Source of the DNA: Candidatus Bathyarchaeia archaeon
GTDB taxonomy: Archaea > Thermoproteota > Bathyarchaeia > Bathyarchaeales > Bathycorpusculaceae
Direction: 5' to 3'
Assembly (NCBI GenBank): GCA_049515895.1
Contig: JBEKTQ010000023.1
Span: forward strand, 14,224 to 78,223
DNA: 64,000 nt
Made by a program: the position numbers and the translations under genes. This document shows positions 19,082 through 30,660 of this stretch, piece by piece; position 1 is the first letter of the stretch; each line of letters starts with the position of its first letter. The notes below the pieces were generated by a model. That model searched no databases. It saw nothing but the letters and a program-made list of their open reading frames with translations, and had not been told where the DNA came from.

Positions 19082-19698
19082 TTTAAGTAATTGAACGAAG
19101 TGCCTGTTATTCCGATCAGCCAAAAGTAGTTTGATTCCGTCCTATATTCGCAATATTCTGCCAGAACCCCTTTTTGAGACAGATTAAGCTTAATTCTGGA
19201 GAATAATGTTAGAATGTTTCGGATTAAATCAAAATCCCCGGCTAACAGCTTGCCGTCTTGATTAACTTGCGATAGAAGTCCATCAAAGGTCAACAGGGAA
19301 TCAAGAGTTTTAAAGCAAAGGTCGTCGTCTATAAGACCAAGTTTTTTCAGCTTCGCGATTACACGAGGAGTTTGGGATTTATCAGCTAACGATAAGCCAA
19401 CAGCACCTGTAACATGTTCGAAGCCATCGAATAGTTGCCTATCAACGGTGTTTATGGTGCTTACATACTGCCCTCCGCCAAAAGTGCTCATGGTCCTTGT
19501 AACACTGATGTTTGGAAAGGCTAAAACTGCGCTTGCCGTGGTCGCAAACGATTTAACGACAAAAATATTCTGGGCAAGGGAATGAATGCCTTTGGCATTT
19601 TCTGGCTGGAAAATATTGCAAAACAAAAAAGGCGAATCAACCGACATAAATATTATTCGCCTTAAACAGCACGTTTCCAACTGACTATAGGGGACCAA
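19000..19698 (-). CDS. hypothetical protein (likely start at MSVDSP)
   Basis: Long ORF, co-oriented with 19662-20117; 3' end overlaps the PaREP1-like gene. Confidence 0.6.
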   Translation of the reverse strand: MVPYSQLETCCLRRIIFMSVDSPFLFCNIFQPENAKGIHSLAQNIFVVKSFATTASAVLAFPNISVTRTMSTFGGGQYVSTINTVDRQLFDGFEHVTGAVGLSLADKSQTPRVIAKLKKLGLIDDDLCFKTLDSLLTFDGLLSQVNQDGKLLAGDFDLIRNILTLFSRIKLNLSQKGVLAEYCEYRTESNYFWLIGITGTSFNYLNYLASTFSTSSSTLTQSSNVDFMKSSG

Positions 19699-20117
19699 TT
19701 AACAACATAAGCAGGCTCATTAAGTTCATTTCTGTAATTCGAATTTACTGCAGCCATTGAAGGTATTGCTTTTAGCGTAACCATGAATGCTCCTTTTGTT
19801 GTTTCTACTTTAGTCTCTGAGGAGGCTAGAGTAAATTTGATAATATCAACAATCTGCCATCCATCGGTCGGTTGTTCACCTGCCTGGAAAAGAGGCTTGT
19901 CCTTTACCATTTCAGACGCTTTTGCCCCGACTTTTGTTATGGCAATGCCTCCTGTATGCTTGACAACAATATTTACTCCGCCAAATACAGAGAAGCCGCC
20001 CTCGCGAGCATCTATGATGCTTACAGCAACTTTTAGAACCGAACCATCTAACAATTCTACCGAACCGTCAATACTATTGCAGCTCAATGTAACCACTTGA
20101 TTAATAATTGCGCTCAA
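19662..20117 (-). CDS. hypothetical beta-rich protein, possibly internally duplicated
   Basis: ELLDGSVLKV.V.I motif and NELNEPAY.V.W C-terminus. Confidence 0.65.
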   Translation of the reverse strand: MSAIINQVVTLSCNSIDGSVELLDGSVLKVAVSIIDAREGGFSVFGGVNIVVKHTGGIAITKVGAKASEMVKDKPLFQAGEQPTDGWQIVDIIKFTLASSETKVETTKGAFMVTLKAIPSMAAVNSNYRNELNEPAYVVNWSPIVSWKRAV

Positions 20118-20481
20118 AAACTATTAAAAACTTTGTCTGTACAATAAGGTAAGTACTCTGACAGGATGTGTTTTTCTATAAAATTTTATTGCCTACTTCT
20201 TTTTCCAGCTTTCCAATCATTAAGCAATAAGAATTTGTGCCTTTTGGATGGTTGGTCTTGGCGTATTGCCATGCTTGAAAACGTAGCATTAAGTAAGGAA
20301 GCCCCCGTCAGTTGGCATCGTCCATTTCAAGCTTCCGTAAAACCCTTCAAGCAAAGGAATTTGGGGGAAGATTGAAAATACATTTTGACAATTAATAGTA
20401 CTGTTCAACAGTCTTAAAATCTTGAACCAGAATCCCAAAACTTATATAATGAGATTTAATACATGAGATAAGGGTGAAAAA

Positions 20482-20688
20482 ATGACTCTTAATGTAGAAA
20501 CAAAATTAATTGCAAGTGCCGGAGCATACGCCGTTGGGGTTCTATTGCTGTATATGCTAGTCATCGCTAACAGCGTCCTGCCTAGCGTCTTCGCTGTAAC
20601 CGCTATTGCCTCCTTCGCTGTCTTAATGGGATTAGTCTACTCATTTTACAGGACCGAAAAGCACCATCGACTCATGTTCTACCTTTAA
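20482..20688 (+). CDS. small two-TM membrane protein
   Basis: GGTGA RBS, TTATATAA upstream, two hydrophobic helices. Confidence 0.65.
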   Translation: MTLNVETKLIASAGAYAVGVLLLYMLVIANSVLPSVFAVTAIASFAVLMGLVYSFYRTEKHHRLMFYL

Positions 20689-20690
20689 GC

Positions 20691-20755
20691 AAGAGTAGAA
20701 AGCTGTGAGGCCTTCCTGAATAGCAATCAGGGAGTCACTGCCTACAGCAACTCTT
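20691..20755. terminator. long imperfect hairpin between convergent genes
   Basis: AAGAGT/ACTCTT, GCTGT-G-AGGC/GCCTACAGC, TCCTGA/TCAGGGA nested arms. Confidence 0.5.
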
Positions 20756-20756
20756 A

Positions 20757-23348
20757 TTATTTATTTTTAAATACCAGTTTACCGTCCTTTTCATCGACAA
20801 CAATTATCGAGTTTCTATCGACTTTTTCTTCAAGGATCATTTTTGACAATTCATTCAACAAGTTTCTTTGAATAACACGTTTTATTGGCCTCGCACCGAA
20901 CTGAGGGTCATAACCGATGGTGGCGATGGAATCGACGGCTTTTTTAGTGAAAGTCATTTTGATGCTGCTCTTTTCAAGGGTCTTCTGGATGGTTTTTAGT
21001 TGAAGTTCTACTATTTTCCGCACTTCTTCCCGGGTCAACGGCTGAAACATGATTATCTCATCGATACGATTCAGGAATTCTGGCTTAATGCTTTTTTTCA
21101 GCAAATCGAAGACTTGTTCTCTTGTTTGATTTAAGATTTCTTCGCGGTTTTGATCATTTACTTTTTCGAGGTTTTCTTGAATTATGTGGGAACCGATGTT
21201 TGAGGTCATTATGATTATGGTATTTTTGAAGTCCACTGTCCTGCCCTTGTTATCGGTCAATCTACCATCGTCAAGCACCTGAAGCAAGATATTGAAAACG
21301 TCCGGATGGGCTTTTTCAATTTCGTCGAGAAGCACAACAGCATATGGTTTTCTTCTGATAGCTTCTGTTAGCTGTCCACTTTCCTCGTAACCTATGTACC
21401 CAGGAGGTGCACCGATGAGCCTTGAGACGGTGTGCCGTTCCTGATATTCCGACATGTCAATTCTTACCATGCTGTTTTCGTTATTGAATAGGCATTCAGC
21501 TAAAGCTTTTGCCAACTCGGTTTTTCCAACCCCCGTGGTACCTAAGAAGATAAAAGATCCGATTGGTCGTTTGGGATCCTGCAAACCTGCACGGTTTCTC
21601 CTAATAGCATCCGATACTGCGTTGATTGCTTCGTCCTGTCCGACAACCCTCATGTGAAGTTCTGTTTCTATATTGAGCAATTTCTGTTTTTCACTTTGGA
21701 GCATTCGGCTGACTGGGATACCTGTCCAGCGGGAAACTACCTCGGCAATTTCTTCAGCATCGACCTCTTCATTAACCATGGCTGATCCTTTTTGCAGCTC
21801 TGACAGTTTTTTCTCTAGAGTTTTAATGGTTTTTTCTGCTTCGGGAATTCTGCCGTAGCGAATTTCTGCGACCTTCCCAAGATCGCCAATGCGGTTTGCG
21901 CTTTCATCTTCAAACTTGAGCTGTTCAATTTCGTTCTTTTTTATCTGTATCTGTTCAACTAGGTCCTTTTCAGACAGCCACTTCGCTCTGAGCTGATTAC
22001 GTTCTCCAGTGAGGTTCGCGATCTCTTCATTAAGCGATTTAAGCTTCACCTCATCTTTCTCGCGTTTAATTGCTTCACGTTCAATCTCTAACTGGCGAAT
22101 CTTTCGGTCTATTGTCTCAAGTTCTTCAGGAGCAGAATCTATTTCAAGTCGAAGTTTCGATGCGGCCTCGTCAATCAAGTCAATTGCTTTGTCCGGAAGG
22201 AAACGGGCGGAAATGTATTTCTGCGAAAGTTCAACAGCGGCAATTATTGCTTCATCTTTGATTCTGACGTGATGGTATGTTTCATAACGTTCTTTTAGAC
22301 CTCGAAGTATAGAAATAGCATTCAATGTATCTGGTTCGCTGACCATAACTGGTTGGAACCGTCTTTCAAGAGCTTTGTCTTTTTCAAAATACTTCTGGTA
22401 TTCATTTAGAGTGGTTGCGCCGATCGCACGTAATTCTCCTCTAGAGAGTGCGGGTTTTAGTATGTTAGCTGCATCCATTGCTCCTTCACTTGCACCAGCT
22501 CCGACGAGCGTATGAATCTCGTCTATAAATAGAACTATTTCGCCCTCGGCTGAAACGACTTCCTTTACAACACTTTTCAAACGCTCTTCAAATTCACCCT
22601 TAAACTTTGCACCGGCGATGAGGGCGCCCATATCTAGTGAATAAATTTGCTTTGATTTCAGATTCTCAGGTACATCTCCATCGATTACGCGGCGAGCAAG
22701 TCCCTCTACGATTGCGGTTTTGCCTACGCCTGGTTCTCCGATTAAAATCGGATTATTCTTGGTTCTTCGTGATAGGATCTGAAGGACTCTTCGGATCTCC
22801 TCGTCGCGACCAATTACAGGGTCAAGTTTTCCCTTTCTAGCCATGTCATTTAGGTTCAAGGCAAATTTACTCAATGCATTGTACGTCTCTTCTGCAGTTT
22901 GAGAATTAACCTTCGATCCTTTCCGCAATTGCGTGATAGCTGTCCTCAAATCCTTTTCGGTGACCCCGTTGTCCTTGAGCAATCTAGACGCCGCATCATT
23001 TAGCGTCAAGATTCCCAGCAATAGATGCTCGATAGAAATGAATTCATCCTTGAATTCTGAAGCTATTTCTTCTGCCTTCTGAAGGGCCCGATTAGAATTA
23101 GATGATAGATATTGTTGTCCGCCACTAACTTTAGGTAAGGAATCAATTAGCTTGTCAAGCGACTTTGAAAAATCATCAAAGTTTACATTTAATTTCTTCA
23201 ATAAATAGGGAACCACATTTTCGTCAACCATCAATATTCCCTTCAATAGATGTGAAGGTTCAATTGACTGGTTCTGTTTTGCAGTGGCAATTTCCGTGGC
23301 TTTCTGAATGGCCTCTTGTGATTTAATGGTAAAATTGTTCAAGTTCAT
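20757..23348 (-). CDS. clpB: ATP-dependent chaperone ClpB
   Basis: Clp-N repeats, GEPGVGKT and GTTGVGKT Walker A motifs, coiled-coil M domain, [13 protein letters not shown]. Confidence 0.97.
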   Translation of the reverse strand: MNLNNFTIKSQEAIQKATEIATAKQNQSIEPSHLLKGILMVDENVVPYLLKKLNVNFDDFSKSLDKLIDSLPKVSGGQQYLSSNSNRALQKAEEIASEFKDEFISIEHLLLGILTLNDAASRLLKDNGVTEKDLRTAITQLRKGSKVNSQTAEETYNALSKFALNLNDMARKGKLDPVIGRDEEIRRVLQILSRRTKNNPILIGEPGVGKTAIVEGLARRVIDGDVPENLKSKQIYSLDMGALIAGAKFKGEFEERLKSVVKEVVSAEGEIVLFIDEIHTLVGAGASEGAMDAANILKPALSRGELRAIGATTLNEYQKYFEKDKALERRFQPVMVSEPDTLNAISILRGLKERYETYHHVRIKDEAIIAAVELSQKYISARFLPDKAIDLIDEAASKLRLEIDSAPEELETIDRKIRQLEIEREAIKREKDEVKLKSLNEEIANLTGERNQLRAKWLSEKDLVEQIQIKKNEIEQLKFEDESANRIGDLGKVAEIRYGRIPEAEKTIKTLEKKLSELQKGSAMVNEEVDAEEIAEVVSRWTGIPVSRMLQSEKQKLLNIETELHMRVVGQDEAINAVSDAIRRNRAGLQDPKRPIGSFIFLGTTGVGKTELAKALAECLFNNENSMVRIDMSEYQERHTVSRLIGAPPGYIGYEESGQLTEAIRRKPYAVVLLDEIEKAHPDVFNILLQVLDDGRLTDNKGRTVDFKNTIIIMTSNIGSHIIQENLEKVNDQNREEILNQTREQVFDLLKKSIKPEFLNRIDEIIMFQPLTREEVRKIVELQLKTIQKTLEKSSIKMTFTKKAVDSIATIGYDPQFGARPIKRVIQRNLLNELSKMILEEKVDRNSIIVVDEKDGKLVFKNK

Positions 23349-23462
23349 TTATGGTACACTTCTTTGCCGAGTATTCTTGAATTTATTTATACGTTTTCAT
23401 TTTAGAATAGGAATAATTTCATGCTATTATATTTGTAAGTAGCTAGCATGTAAAATATTTGG

Positions 23463-25205
23463 TTACTGGTACACTTCTTTTCCAATTTCTGTTTTCATAC
23501 GGTTTGGTTTAGGAGTAAGTCTGGTTTGGCTCAAGCGTTTTCTAGCCACCAATAGAATCAGGACTGAAAGCACTATTATGACAAGAATTGTTGCAGCCAT
23601 AACCTCAAGGTTTTCGTAAGATGCCATTGGTTTTGAACTCGGCGAGTTTGAAGGTGACAATGACGGTGTAACTGAAAGCGAACTTGTCGGAGTTGGTGTT
23701 GGCGCGTTCGTTGGAGGGGTTGGAGAAACGGAAGAAGGCGGGTAGGTTGGATGGTAAGTGGGCGTAGGCACTGGAGGATGTTCTGGAGTTGGAATCGGCG
23801 TAGGCGTTGGAGTAGTAACTGGAGATGGAGCAACAAAATCCGCAGGTTCGATAAGTGTGGATTGAGGTGATTGGCTGAAATCAAAAGAATCATTCATGTC
23901 GTTGGAGATAGCGTCCCTCGTATGTAAGCTTGTAACGTTGAAAGTGTGTTCTGCAAGAGCAAGCATAGACGAGAATTCGTATTGCGTATGATCAATGAAG
24001 CCTGGCTTGGCCCAGGGAGAAATAACTATTGTTGGTACTCTGAAGCCTAAACCGCTTTGATCAATCTGCGGTGGAGCAACGTGGTCATAAAAGCCTCCAT
24101 AATCATCCCAAGTCATTACGATTGCGGTCGACGGCCAATATGTGCTGTTCATGATTTGGTTCACAAGGTATGAGACATAATCCATTCCAGCATCAGGGCG
24201 TGCAGGGGGATGTTCGCTGACCGATTGGTTTGCGAAGACCGCTGGTTCAGTTGGAGGTTGCCACGCTCCTGGCATAATCCAGGATACTGCGGGCAAACTA
24301 TTGTTCCGAATATCATTTACAAAATCTTTTGTACTCTTAACGTGGTCCGTAAGTTCGTTAGGATGATTCTGGAAATAATCAAACAAAGGAAGAGGATCCC
24401 AATAGGTGGCTGCAGTCGGATCGGTGTTTCCGTCGTACCATTTCCAAGACACTTGGGCGGCGGAAAGCTCCTGCGCCAAGGTTGCCCACGAAAAGCTTGC
24501 GCCAGGCCAGTTCACCAAGAAGTCGCCGCCGGTTAACTCAGTGTTAGGCGGGTTATCAACTATATTTCCGCTTGAAATCCACGGCGCAGTAGAATTTACT
24601 GGGCCGTCGGTGCCCGAAGCTATGTACAAGTGGTTTGGAAGGCTTGGGCCCATCTCTGAAGAGAAAAAGTTATCGTCAAGAACATAATGACCCGCGTAAT
24701 CCCAGTAGTATGGGATATCGCTTCTATCGTAATAACCCATTGTTACCGAGCTTCCTTCTGCTACGACGAAGCCGTCCATTTTGCCGTTGTCGTAAGCTTC
24801 GTGGGCTACTGTGGCTGAGTGATCGAGATTGACGGTAGATTGGGCGCTCAGATGAAATGGGGAGGCAGAATTGCTAAGTTCTTCTGTAAGGTCACTTGGG
24901 TCGGCTACTCCTGGCGGTAGCTCATCACCAACTATTGAAACTGGAACAGTAGCGCTGAGGTGATAAGGTTGAACGTACCCTAACGCAAGGTCAGTGGTTG
25001 CATATGGAAGCGAAATGCCTGGAGGAATGCCGTTAGCTCCAGGATAAGTTCCAAAGTAATTGTCGAATGAATGGTTTTCTTGAACGATGAATATTAAATG
25101 CTGTATTTTTGATGTTTCTCCGCTCGAAAGGCGAATTGGCGCTGTCACTCCTGAAATCAAAAAAAGAACCAAGATTAACAAGACCGCGAAAATCCTTAAT
25201 TTCAT
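23463..25205 (-). CDS. phospholipase C / acid phosphoesterase family, membrane anchored
   Basis: [47 protein letters not shown]; Pro/Thr stalk and C-terminal TM. Confidence 0.92.
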   Translation of the reverse strand: MKLRIFAVLLILVLFLISGVTAPIRLSSGETSKIQHLIFIVQENHSFDNYFGTYPGANGIPPGISLPYATTDLALGYVQPYHLSATVPVSIVGDELPPGVADPSDLTEELSNSASPFHLSAQSTVNLDHSATVAHEAYDNGKMDGFVVAEGSSVTMGYYDRSDIPYYWDYAGHYVLDDNFFSSEMGPSLPNHLYIASGTDGPVNSTAPWISSGNIVDNPPNTELTGGDFLVNWPGASFSWATLAQELSAAQVSWKWYDGNTDPTAATYWDPLPLFDYFQNHPNELTDHVKSTKDFVNDIRNNSLPAVSWIMPGAWQPPTEPAVFANQSVSEHPPARPDAGMDYVSYLVNQIMNSTYWPSTAIVMTWDDYGGFYDHVAPPQIDQSGLGFRVPTIVISPWAKPGFIDHTQYEFSSMLALAEHTFNVTSLHTRDAISNDMNDSFDFSQSPQSTLIEPADFVAPSPVTTPTPTPIPTPEHPPVPTPTYHPTYPPSSVSPTPPTNAPTPTPTSSLSVTPSLSPSNSPSSKPMASYENLEVMAATILVIIVLSVLILLVARKRLSQTRLTPKPNRMKTEIGKEVYQ

Positions 25206-25712
25206 AGCTTACTTGTCCTTCGTTTCCAAAAACAAACCATGAGAGAGCCTTTTGAATGAAGCAAAAAGCATTTTATAAACTCAACGGTGATAACCGTGAA
25301 ACAACGGGTTATTACAAGGAAGGCTGTTTTCCAGGAAGCTAATAGCCCTTGATTCTGCAAGTATTTACGTCGTCATATTTTATCTCGTTTTCCCAAAACA
25401 ACAATCGCTGACGGTTTAGGTAGAGTCAAGTGCAAAACGGGGATTTGAAATAACAGCATCCCTTCTAAAGACTCTTTAGAGAACTGGTAACCCCTAAATC
25501 CCTTTTCAGCTAAAATGCTTCTTGAGGTAAGCAGTCCCAAAAGACTAGCGCTTTAAAGATGCAATCGAGCCATGATTTTACTAAGCTCTAATAAGATGCT
25601 GTCATGAATCAAAGAGATGTACGAATAGAGCATTTTGGAGAAAAGTGTAAAAGGAACTTTAAACTAGACTATTTAGGAGGAGTACTCTATTCTTGGGAAA
25701 AACAAAGGCTTA

Positions 25713-27218
25713 TTGGTTTTTGTCGTCCTTGCACTTATAGTAATTCTTGTTTTTGCGAGCGGTGTCTTTAAGGCTCAGCAAAACGTAATTGAAGTGACAC
25801 CCAGTCAGAATTCGGCTTTACCATTCACGATTGACACGTATGGAAACGCTTGGGATGGACCCATAGCCTTTGGGTTGTCAGGGCCCAACGGAACCAATTA
25901 TTTGGTTATTATGGACACAAACGGCACCTTGCTGGACCTTCGTGCCTCAACCAGCGGCTATGGCGTCGTAAAAAACATAGCGCAGAACAATTTTCTATTT
26001 GAGGGTGAGCCGCAGCTAAGCGGTGGGTCACAAATCGCGCCGAATTGGGCAACGCACATCTGGAATATTGTCTCGAACACAACTCAAGATTTTCCAAATG
26101 TTATTTCGCATCACGACGTCGATTATAACCCGATCAACAACACGTTTCTCACTTTGCAGGACTATGTAAGGCCAGTTGGAAACAATTTCTACCTGATAGA
26201 CAAAATACTTGAGGTCGATGCTCAAGGCAATGTGCTTTGGACGTGGGATGCTTTCAACCACCTACCTCTCAGCGAAGCCGATCCTTTCAATAATACGTCT
26301 GTGTATAACGGACAGCCGGTAATAGATTTCACTCACACTAATGCCCTTCTATGGGACTACAACAACAACGTTATCTATCTAAATGTTCGGAACACCAACA
26401 CATTCTATAAAATAAACCAGACAACCGGAAACATTATTTGGGGTTGCGGTCAATTTGGCAACTTCACACTTGTAGATGCCAACGGTTCTGTGCTTCCAAA
26501 CGGAGAAAGCCTATGGTACCACAGTCATGATCTTGAGCAGGTTGCACCGGACGTTTTCACGATGTTTAATGACGACTTCGACAACGTAACCAACTACTAT
26601 GACTCAAACAGCCAGATGATAGAATTTACGTTAAATGAGCAGAACATGACAGCTACAATAATCAGAAGTTGGACTGCACCAATACAATACTACTCATCAT
26701 ACTTAGGGGCAACTGACCTACTGCCCAACGGAGACTGGCTGGGCGACTTTGGCACACCAACCCACCAATTCATCGAAAACCAGCCCTGGAACTTCACCAA
26801 CGCAGGTGCCGTTTTGATTGATGTAAACGCCGCCGGACAAATAGTTAGAACGATAACCTTCCCAACAGGGTGGGCCATATACAGAAATCAAGTGGCAACT
26901 AACATAAGCGCAAACGCACTAAGCCCAATGCCAACGCCAACTCTGTACCCCTCAGCAACTCCGCCCACTGAACCAACAAGTTTCTTGCCTGGATTTCCGG
27001 CTCAATCAACGACCCAAACTATAGTTACGCCAACCCCAGCTCCAGCTCCAGCCAAAACTTCAGCTCCTACCGTAACTCAGGCACCCACAATCAAACCTAC
27101 AGCCAACGCTTCATCCACATCGCCGATTTCAGTCGATTCGTTAATTGTCATAATTGCAGTGATAGTTATTGTGATTGTTGCTGTTGCTCTGGCTTACTTG
27201 AAAAGGAAGAAAACCTGA
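25713..27218 (+). CDS. aryl-sulfate sulfotransferase (ASST)-like protein, membrane anchored
   Basis: SHHD, DFTHTNA, WYHSHD, LPNGD motifs; Pro/Thr stalk and TM plus KRKK. Confidence 0.8.
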   Translation: MVFVVLALIVILVFASGVFKAQQNVIEVTPSQNSALPFTIDTYGNAWDGPIAFGLSGPNGTNYLVIMDTNGTLLDLRASTSGYGVVKNIAQNNFLFEGEPQLSGGSQIAPNWATHIWNIVSNTTQDFPNVISHHDVDYNPINNTFLTLQDYVRPVGNNFYLIDKILEVDAQGNVLWTWDAFNHLPLSEADPFNNTSVYNGQPVIDFTHTNALLWDYNNNVIYLNVRNTNTFYKINQTTGNIIWGCGQFGNFTLVDANGSVLPNGESLWYHSHDLEQVAPDVFTMFNDDFDNVTNYYDSNSQMIEFTLNEQNMTATIIRSWTAPIQYYSSYLGATDLLPNGDWLGDFGTPTHQFIENQPWNFTNAGAVLIDVNAAGQIVRTITFPTGWAIYRNQVATNISANALSPMPTPTLYPSATPPTEPTSFLPGFPAQSTTQTIVTPTPAPAPAKTSAPTVTQAPTIKPTANASSTSPISVDSLIVIIAVIVIVIVAVALAYLKRKKT

Positions 27219-27291
27219 AACGGTTGAGCTTAAGGAGTTCAGAACATGACTTCCAGCGAGTCATGTGCCCCTCACAATTTGTAAATTGATG

Positions 27292-28554
27292 TCAGTTTTC
27301 CTGGATCTTTGGGTCAGAAATTTTGGTGGCGACGATTAGGCTTAAGGGGAATGCGGCGAAGGCAAGCAGCACGAAAGGCACCCATGTTGCAATGTACGAG
27401 TAAAGGAAGCCGACCAGTAAATAGGCAAAGGCCTGAGTTATATACATGAAGAATTGAAGGCACCCCAGGGCTTTGCCGCGTTTTTCTCGTGGGATTAAGT
27501 CCCCAAGCAGAGCCTGTGAACCGTTAGCTTCCAAAATGTTGGCTAACCCCAGAATAAAGAAGGCGATGAGGAGCAGGTAAAAGTTTGCGACAACGAAAAG
27601 CAGCATAGCAGGAATGTAAAGCAGGTAACCCAGCAGAAGATAGCGTTTTCTTCCAGCAATGTCCATTCTGAACCCAGCTATGAGCACCGGCAAAACGGGA
27701 CCAACAGCCATGAAAGCTGCTGCAATCGCATACTGCAAACCGATTATCTTCAGCGTTTCCGTGGCGTAGAGCACCAAGAAAATCTGGCAGCCCGCGGTAA
27801 TGCTGTTGATGCCAACGGTTGTAAAGAAGAGGTAATACGCGGATTTTGGAGCTTGAGCCCAAACTTTGAGGCTTTCCCTAACCGTTTCTGGATACTTGCG
27901 AAAAGCCTGCAGCATTTTGGGTCTGGCCGTGTGGTCCTCTGTCGGCAACGTTTCTTTTAGTTTCAACCGTATGAACGAGGCTGCAAGGTAAGCAACAAAC
28001 ACGATAGCGTAGGCGATTCGTATGCCGAAGTCAGACTGAGGCGACACATAGTTGCCTTTAACCAGAATCAAAACTCCCGCTATGAGAGGCGCAGGAATAG
28101 CGATTAAACCCGTGACAACAGAGTAAAAGTTAAGTCCAGTTCCTCTTTTTGCTGGTTCAAGTGAATCAAGCATCATAGCAACAAGGGCGGGTCGATAAAT
28201 CAAGCATAGGTTTTGAATTACCAATCCTAAGACAACCCATTGCCATGAGGGAGCGAAAACCAGAAATAAGTAGCCGAAGGATAAACCGAATGTCATCATT
28301 GCGACAAGCCATTTTCTGCCATGTTGATCAGCAAGGTATCCGCCTGGGAACTGGACAAACGCGATAGCTAACGAGCTTGCGAAAAACATCATTGACAGCA
28401 CAAATGGCGTGGCGCCGAGACTGATGAAGTATTTGCTGCTGAAGGTGTCCGGTATCGGCTGCGTGCTGTTCATTAGAACCCAGGTTATTAATAGTATTAG
28501 AAAATTGCCAGTGAGGACAGCGTTTTCGCCTGTTAATCGTTCTGAAAACCGCAT
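27292..28554 (-). CDS. MFS transporter
   Basis: GGYLADQHGRK motif A, about 12 TMs. Confidence 0.92.
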   Translation of the reverse strand: MRFSERLTGENAVLTGNFLILLITWVLMNSTQPIPDTFSSKYFISLGATPFVLSMMFFASSLAIAFVQFPGGYLADQHGRKWLVAMMTFGLSFGYLFLVFAPSWQWVVLGLVIQNLCLIYRPALVAMMLDSLEPAKRGTGLNFYSVVTGLIAIPAPLIAGVLILVKGNYVSPQSDFGIRIAYAIVFVAYLAASFIRLKLKETLPTEDHTARPKMLQAFRKYPETVRESLKVWAQAPKSAYYLFFTTVGINSITAGCQIFLVLYATETLKIIGLQYAIAAAFMAVGPVLPVLIAGFRMDIAGRKRYLLLGYLLYIPAMLLFVVANFYLLLIAFFILGLANILEANGSQALLGDLIPREKRGKALGCLQFFMYITQAFAYLLVGFLYSYIATWVPFVLLAFAAFPLSLIVATKISDPKIQEN

Positions 28555-28766
28555 TTTAAACTCGCTAGGTCGATAAGGAATTAATAAATTCAGTGGTGGA
28601 ATATCTTATTCTAAATTGTGTAAAGCGTCATTAGCAAACAAGCACCAAGAAAGCTCAAAATACCGCTTCAACCGAAATAAATTATACGCTGAAAAACCGT
28701 TTGGGTTGGGGGGTTTGACTCAAGATAATCTTAAATCCAAAGAGCGAAGATAGATTTGATTTCAGA

Positions 28767-29486
28767 GTGAATATGACCCGCCGAAAGCACAAGCACTTAG
28801 TTAGAGACACGGGAATCACCGTCGTGATCATCACGGTAGTTTTGGGCGCTTTAGTCGCAGCACTATATTTTGCCGGCAGTAGCGCCCAGAAATCCAAAAA
28901 CCCAACAGAAAACCCATCTCTGACAGTAGGAGACACCTTCACTTACAAGTTGTCGGGCTCCACGGTTCTGGGCAGTGCCGACGCTGTTACCCCCAAAGAG
29001 TTTTTGCAGTACAACAACACTGAATACTATCAAGTGAACGTAACAGCAATCCAAGGCACCCACGTTTCCCTTGAAACAATCTGGCAGTTCAAGAACGGCA
29101 CACAAGTTACAAATCCCCAGGTAATCGATTTATCCACAGGAGCGTGCGCCGAGCTCGCTGGATTCAGCTACCTTTACCCCTCAAACCTCAACCTTACCGA
29201 TCCTCTATACCCGCAGGAAACCAGCAAACTCGTCGTCAACAACACCAGCACCCAACAGTACGCTCACTCAAGCAGGGCAACAAACTATTGGGCAACAGAA
29301 GACGAATTTATCGACACCACCGACCAAACAGGCAACACTATGCGCTACGACTACATCGCAGTATTTTTCGACAAACAAACAGGGATGCTTGATCAACTGA
29401 CCCGAATTCAATTTTTCACAAACCCCGAAATACAGTTGACAACCACCTGGCAACTTACCAGCTCAAACGTCTGGGTCGTCCAATAA
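28767..29486 (+). CDS. hypothetical exported protein
   Basis: N-terminal TM, VGDTFTY, FDKQTGML, WQLTSSNVW. Confidence 0.8.
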   Translation: MNMTRRKHKHLVRDTGITVVIITVVLGALVAALYFAGSSAQKSKNPTENPSLTVGDTFTYKLSGSTVLGSADAVTPKEFLQYNNTEYYQVNVTAIQGTHVSLETIWQFKNGTQVTNPQVIDLSTGACAELAGFSYLYPSNLNLTDPLYPQETSKLVVNNTSTQQYAHSSRATNYWATEDEFIDTTDQTGNTMRYDYIAVFFDKQTGMLDQLTRIQFFTNPEIQLTTTWQLTSSNVWVVQ

Positions 29487-29643
29487 CAGACTAGCCAAGA
29501 AAAGCCTGATTTTGCATACGGCAACCAAAAATACCACACACTTAGATTCAATGTTAAAATCAACCTCAGAATTGACCCTAAATAAATCGCAAACGAAAAA
29601 TATGCGTCTAACAGAAACTTACTCGGAAAAAATTGAGTGATTT

Positions 29644-30513
29644 TTATCCGAATTTTCCGAAAATGAAAGCAAGCAAACCGAAAACGAACAGGAGAAGAAC
29701 GATCTTCTTTATTTGTCGAGCATTCTCCCTTGAAGGATTTCTAATCAACCGCGCCGAACACCAAACCAAACCGACGTCAGTTACCAGCACAAAGGGAACA
29801 AACCATACGGAGACTAAACGGAAAATCAACGGAAGAGGCGATAGACAGACGGCAAAGATAAAAAAGGCAGCCGCGGCATAAGCAGCCTTTCTTTCACCGA
29901 AGGTTACAGCTAGAGTTCTGATTTTGCTTAAGCTGTCACCTTGAACGTCAACAATGCCTTTTGCGATTTCTCGACCTGTGTTTGAGAGAAACGCCATGGA
30001 AGCGAAAAGCAAAATATTGATTCTGATTAGGTTGACTGCCACCAAGCTGCCGAATAGAAAAGGCGCTGCGACGCATGCACTAACCAGCAAGTTGCCAGCA
30101 AATCCCCTTCGTTTACCAACAGTTGAGTAGACCATCATAATCACCCAAGCCGCAAAAGCAAACAAAAAACAGTAAACGCTTATGACGAAGGCCGAAACCA
30201 AACCCACAGCCGTCAGAAATCCAGTTAACACCAATGCAGCCCTCAAGGAAACTGCACCGCTTGGGATTGGGCGCGAAGGCTCATTTATCTTATCTATATC
30301 AAAATCGTAGTAGTCATTAACAGCCATTGCGGCCCCAGTCAACGTAAACGCGGTTATTGCGCCGTAAACCAGGTTCAGCCAATGTAGGCTGCTGTTGCCT
30401 GCCAAGCCGACGCCTACGAGAACCGCGAAACTCATAACTATGCAGTTCACAGGCCGTAGCAATCGAAGCAAACCACTGATTTTAACCACAGAGATTAGCC
30501 CTTTTCTTGACAT
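29644..30513 (-). CDS. digeranylgeranylglyceryl phosphate synthase (UbiA family)
   Basis: RPVN, NDYYDFDIDKINEPSRPIPSG, REIAKGIVDVQGD. Confidence 0.9.
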   Translation of the reverse strand: MSRKGLISVVKISGLLRLLRPVNCIVMSFAVLVGVGLAGNSSLHWLNLVYGAITAFTLTGAAMAVNDYYDFDIDKINEPSRPIPSGAVSLRAALVLTGFLTAVGLVSAFVISVYCFLFAFAAWVIMMVYSTVGKRRGFAGNLLVSACVAAPFLFGSLVAVNLIRINILLFASMAFLSNTGREIAKGIVDVQGDSLSKIRTLAVTFGERKAAYAAAAFFIFAVCLSPLPLIFRLVSVWFVPFVLVTDVGLVWCSARLIRNPSRENARQIKKIVLLLFVFGLLAFIFGKFG

Positions 30514-30660
30514 ATTGTAAGGTCTAGTAATTAAAAACTAACTCAAGTAATCCCAAATTCGAATCAGCAATTCATAAGCCATTTATTCACTTTCATGCTT
30601 GTTGTAGGTAAGGGACATCTATTGAACCTTAAGAGTCAATAATATGAATGCCCCGAAACG

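Noticed and set aside
23420-23450. CIRCE heat-shock operator upstream of clpB
   Set aside because: The CATGCTA..TAGCATG inverted repeat does not match TTAGCACTC-N9-GAGTGCTAA
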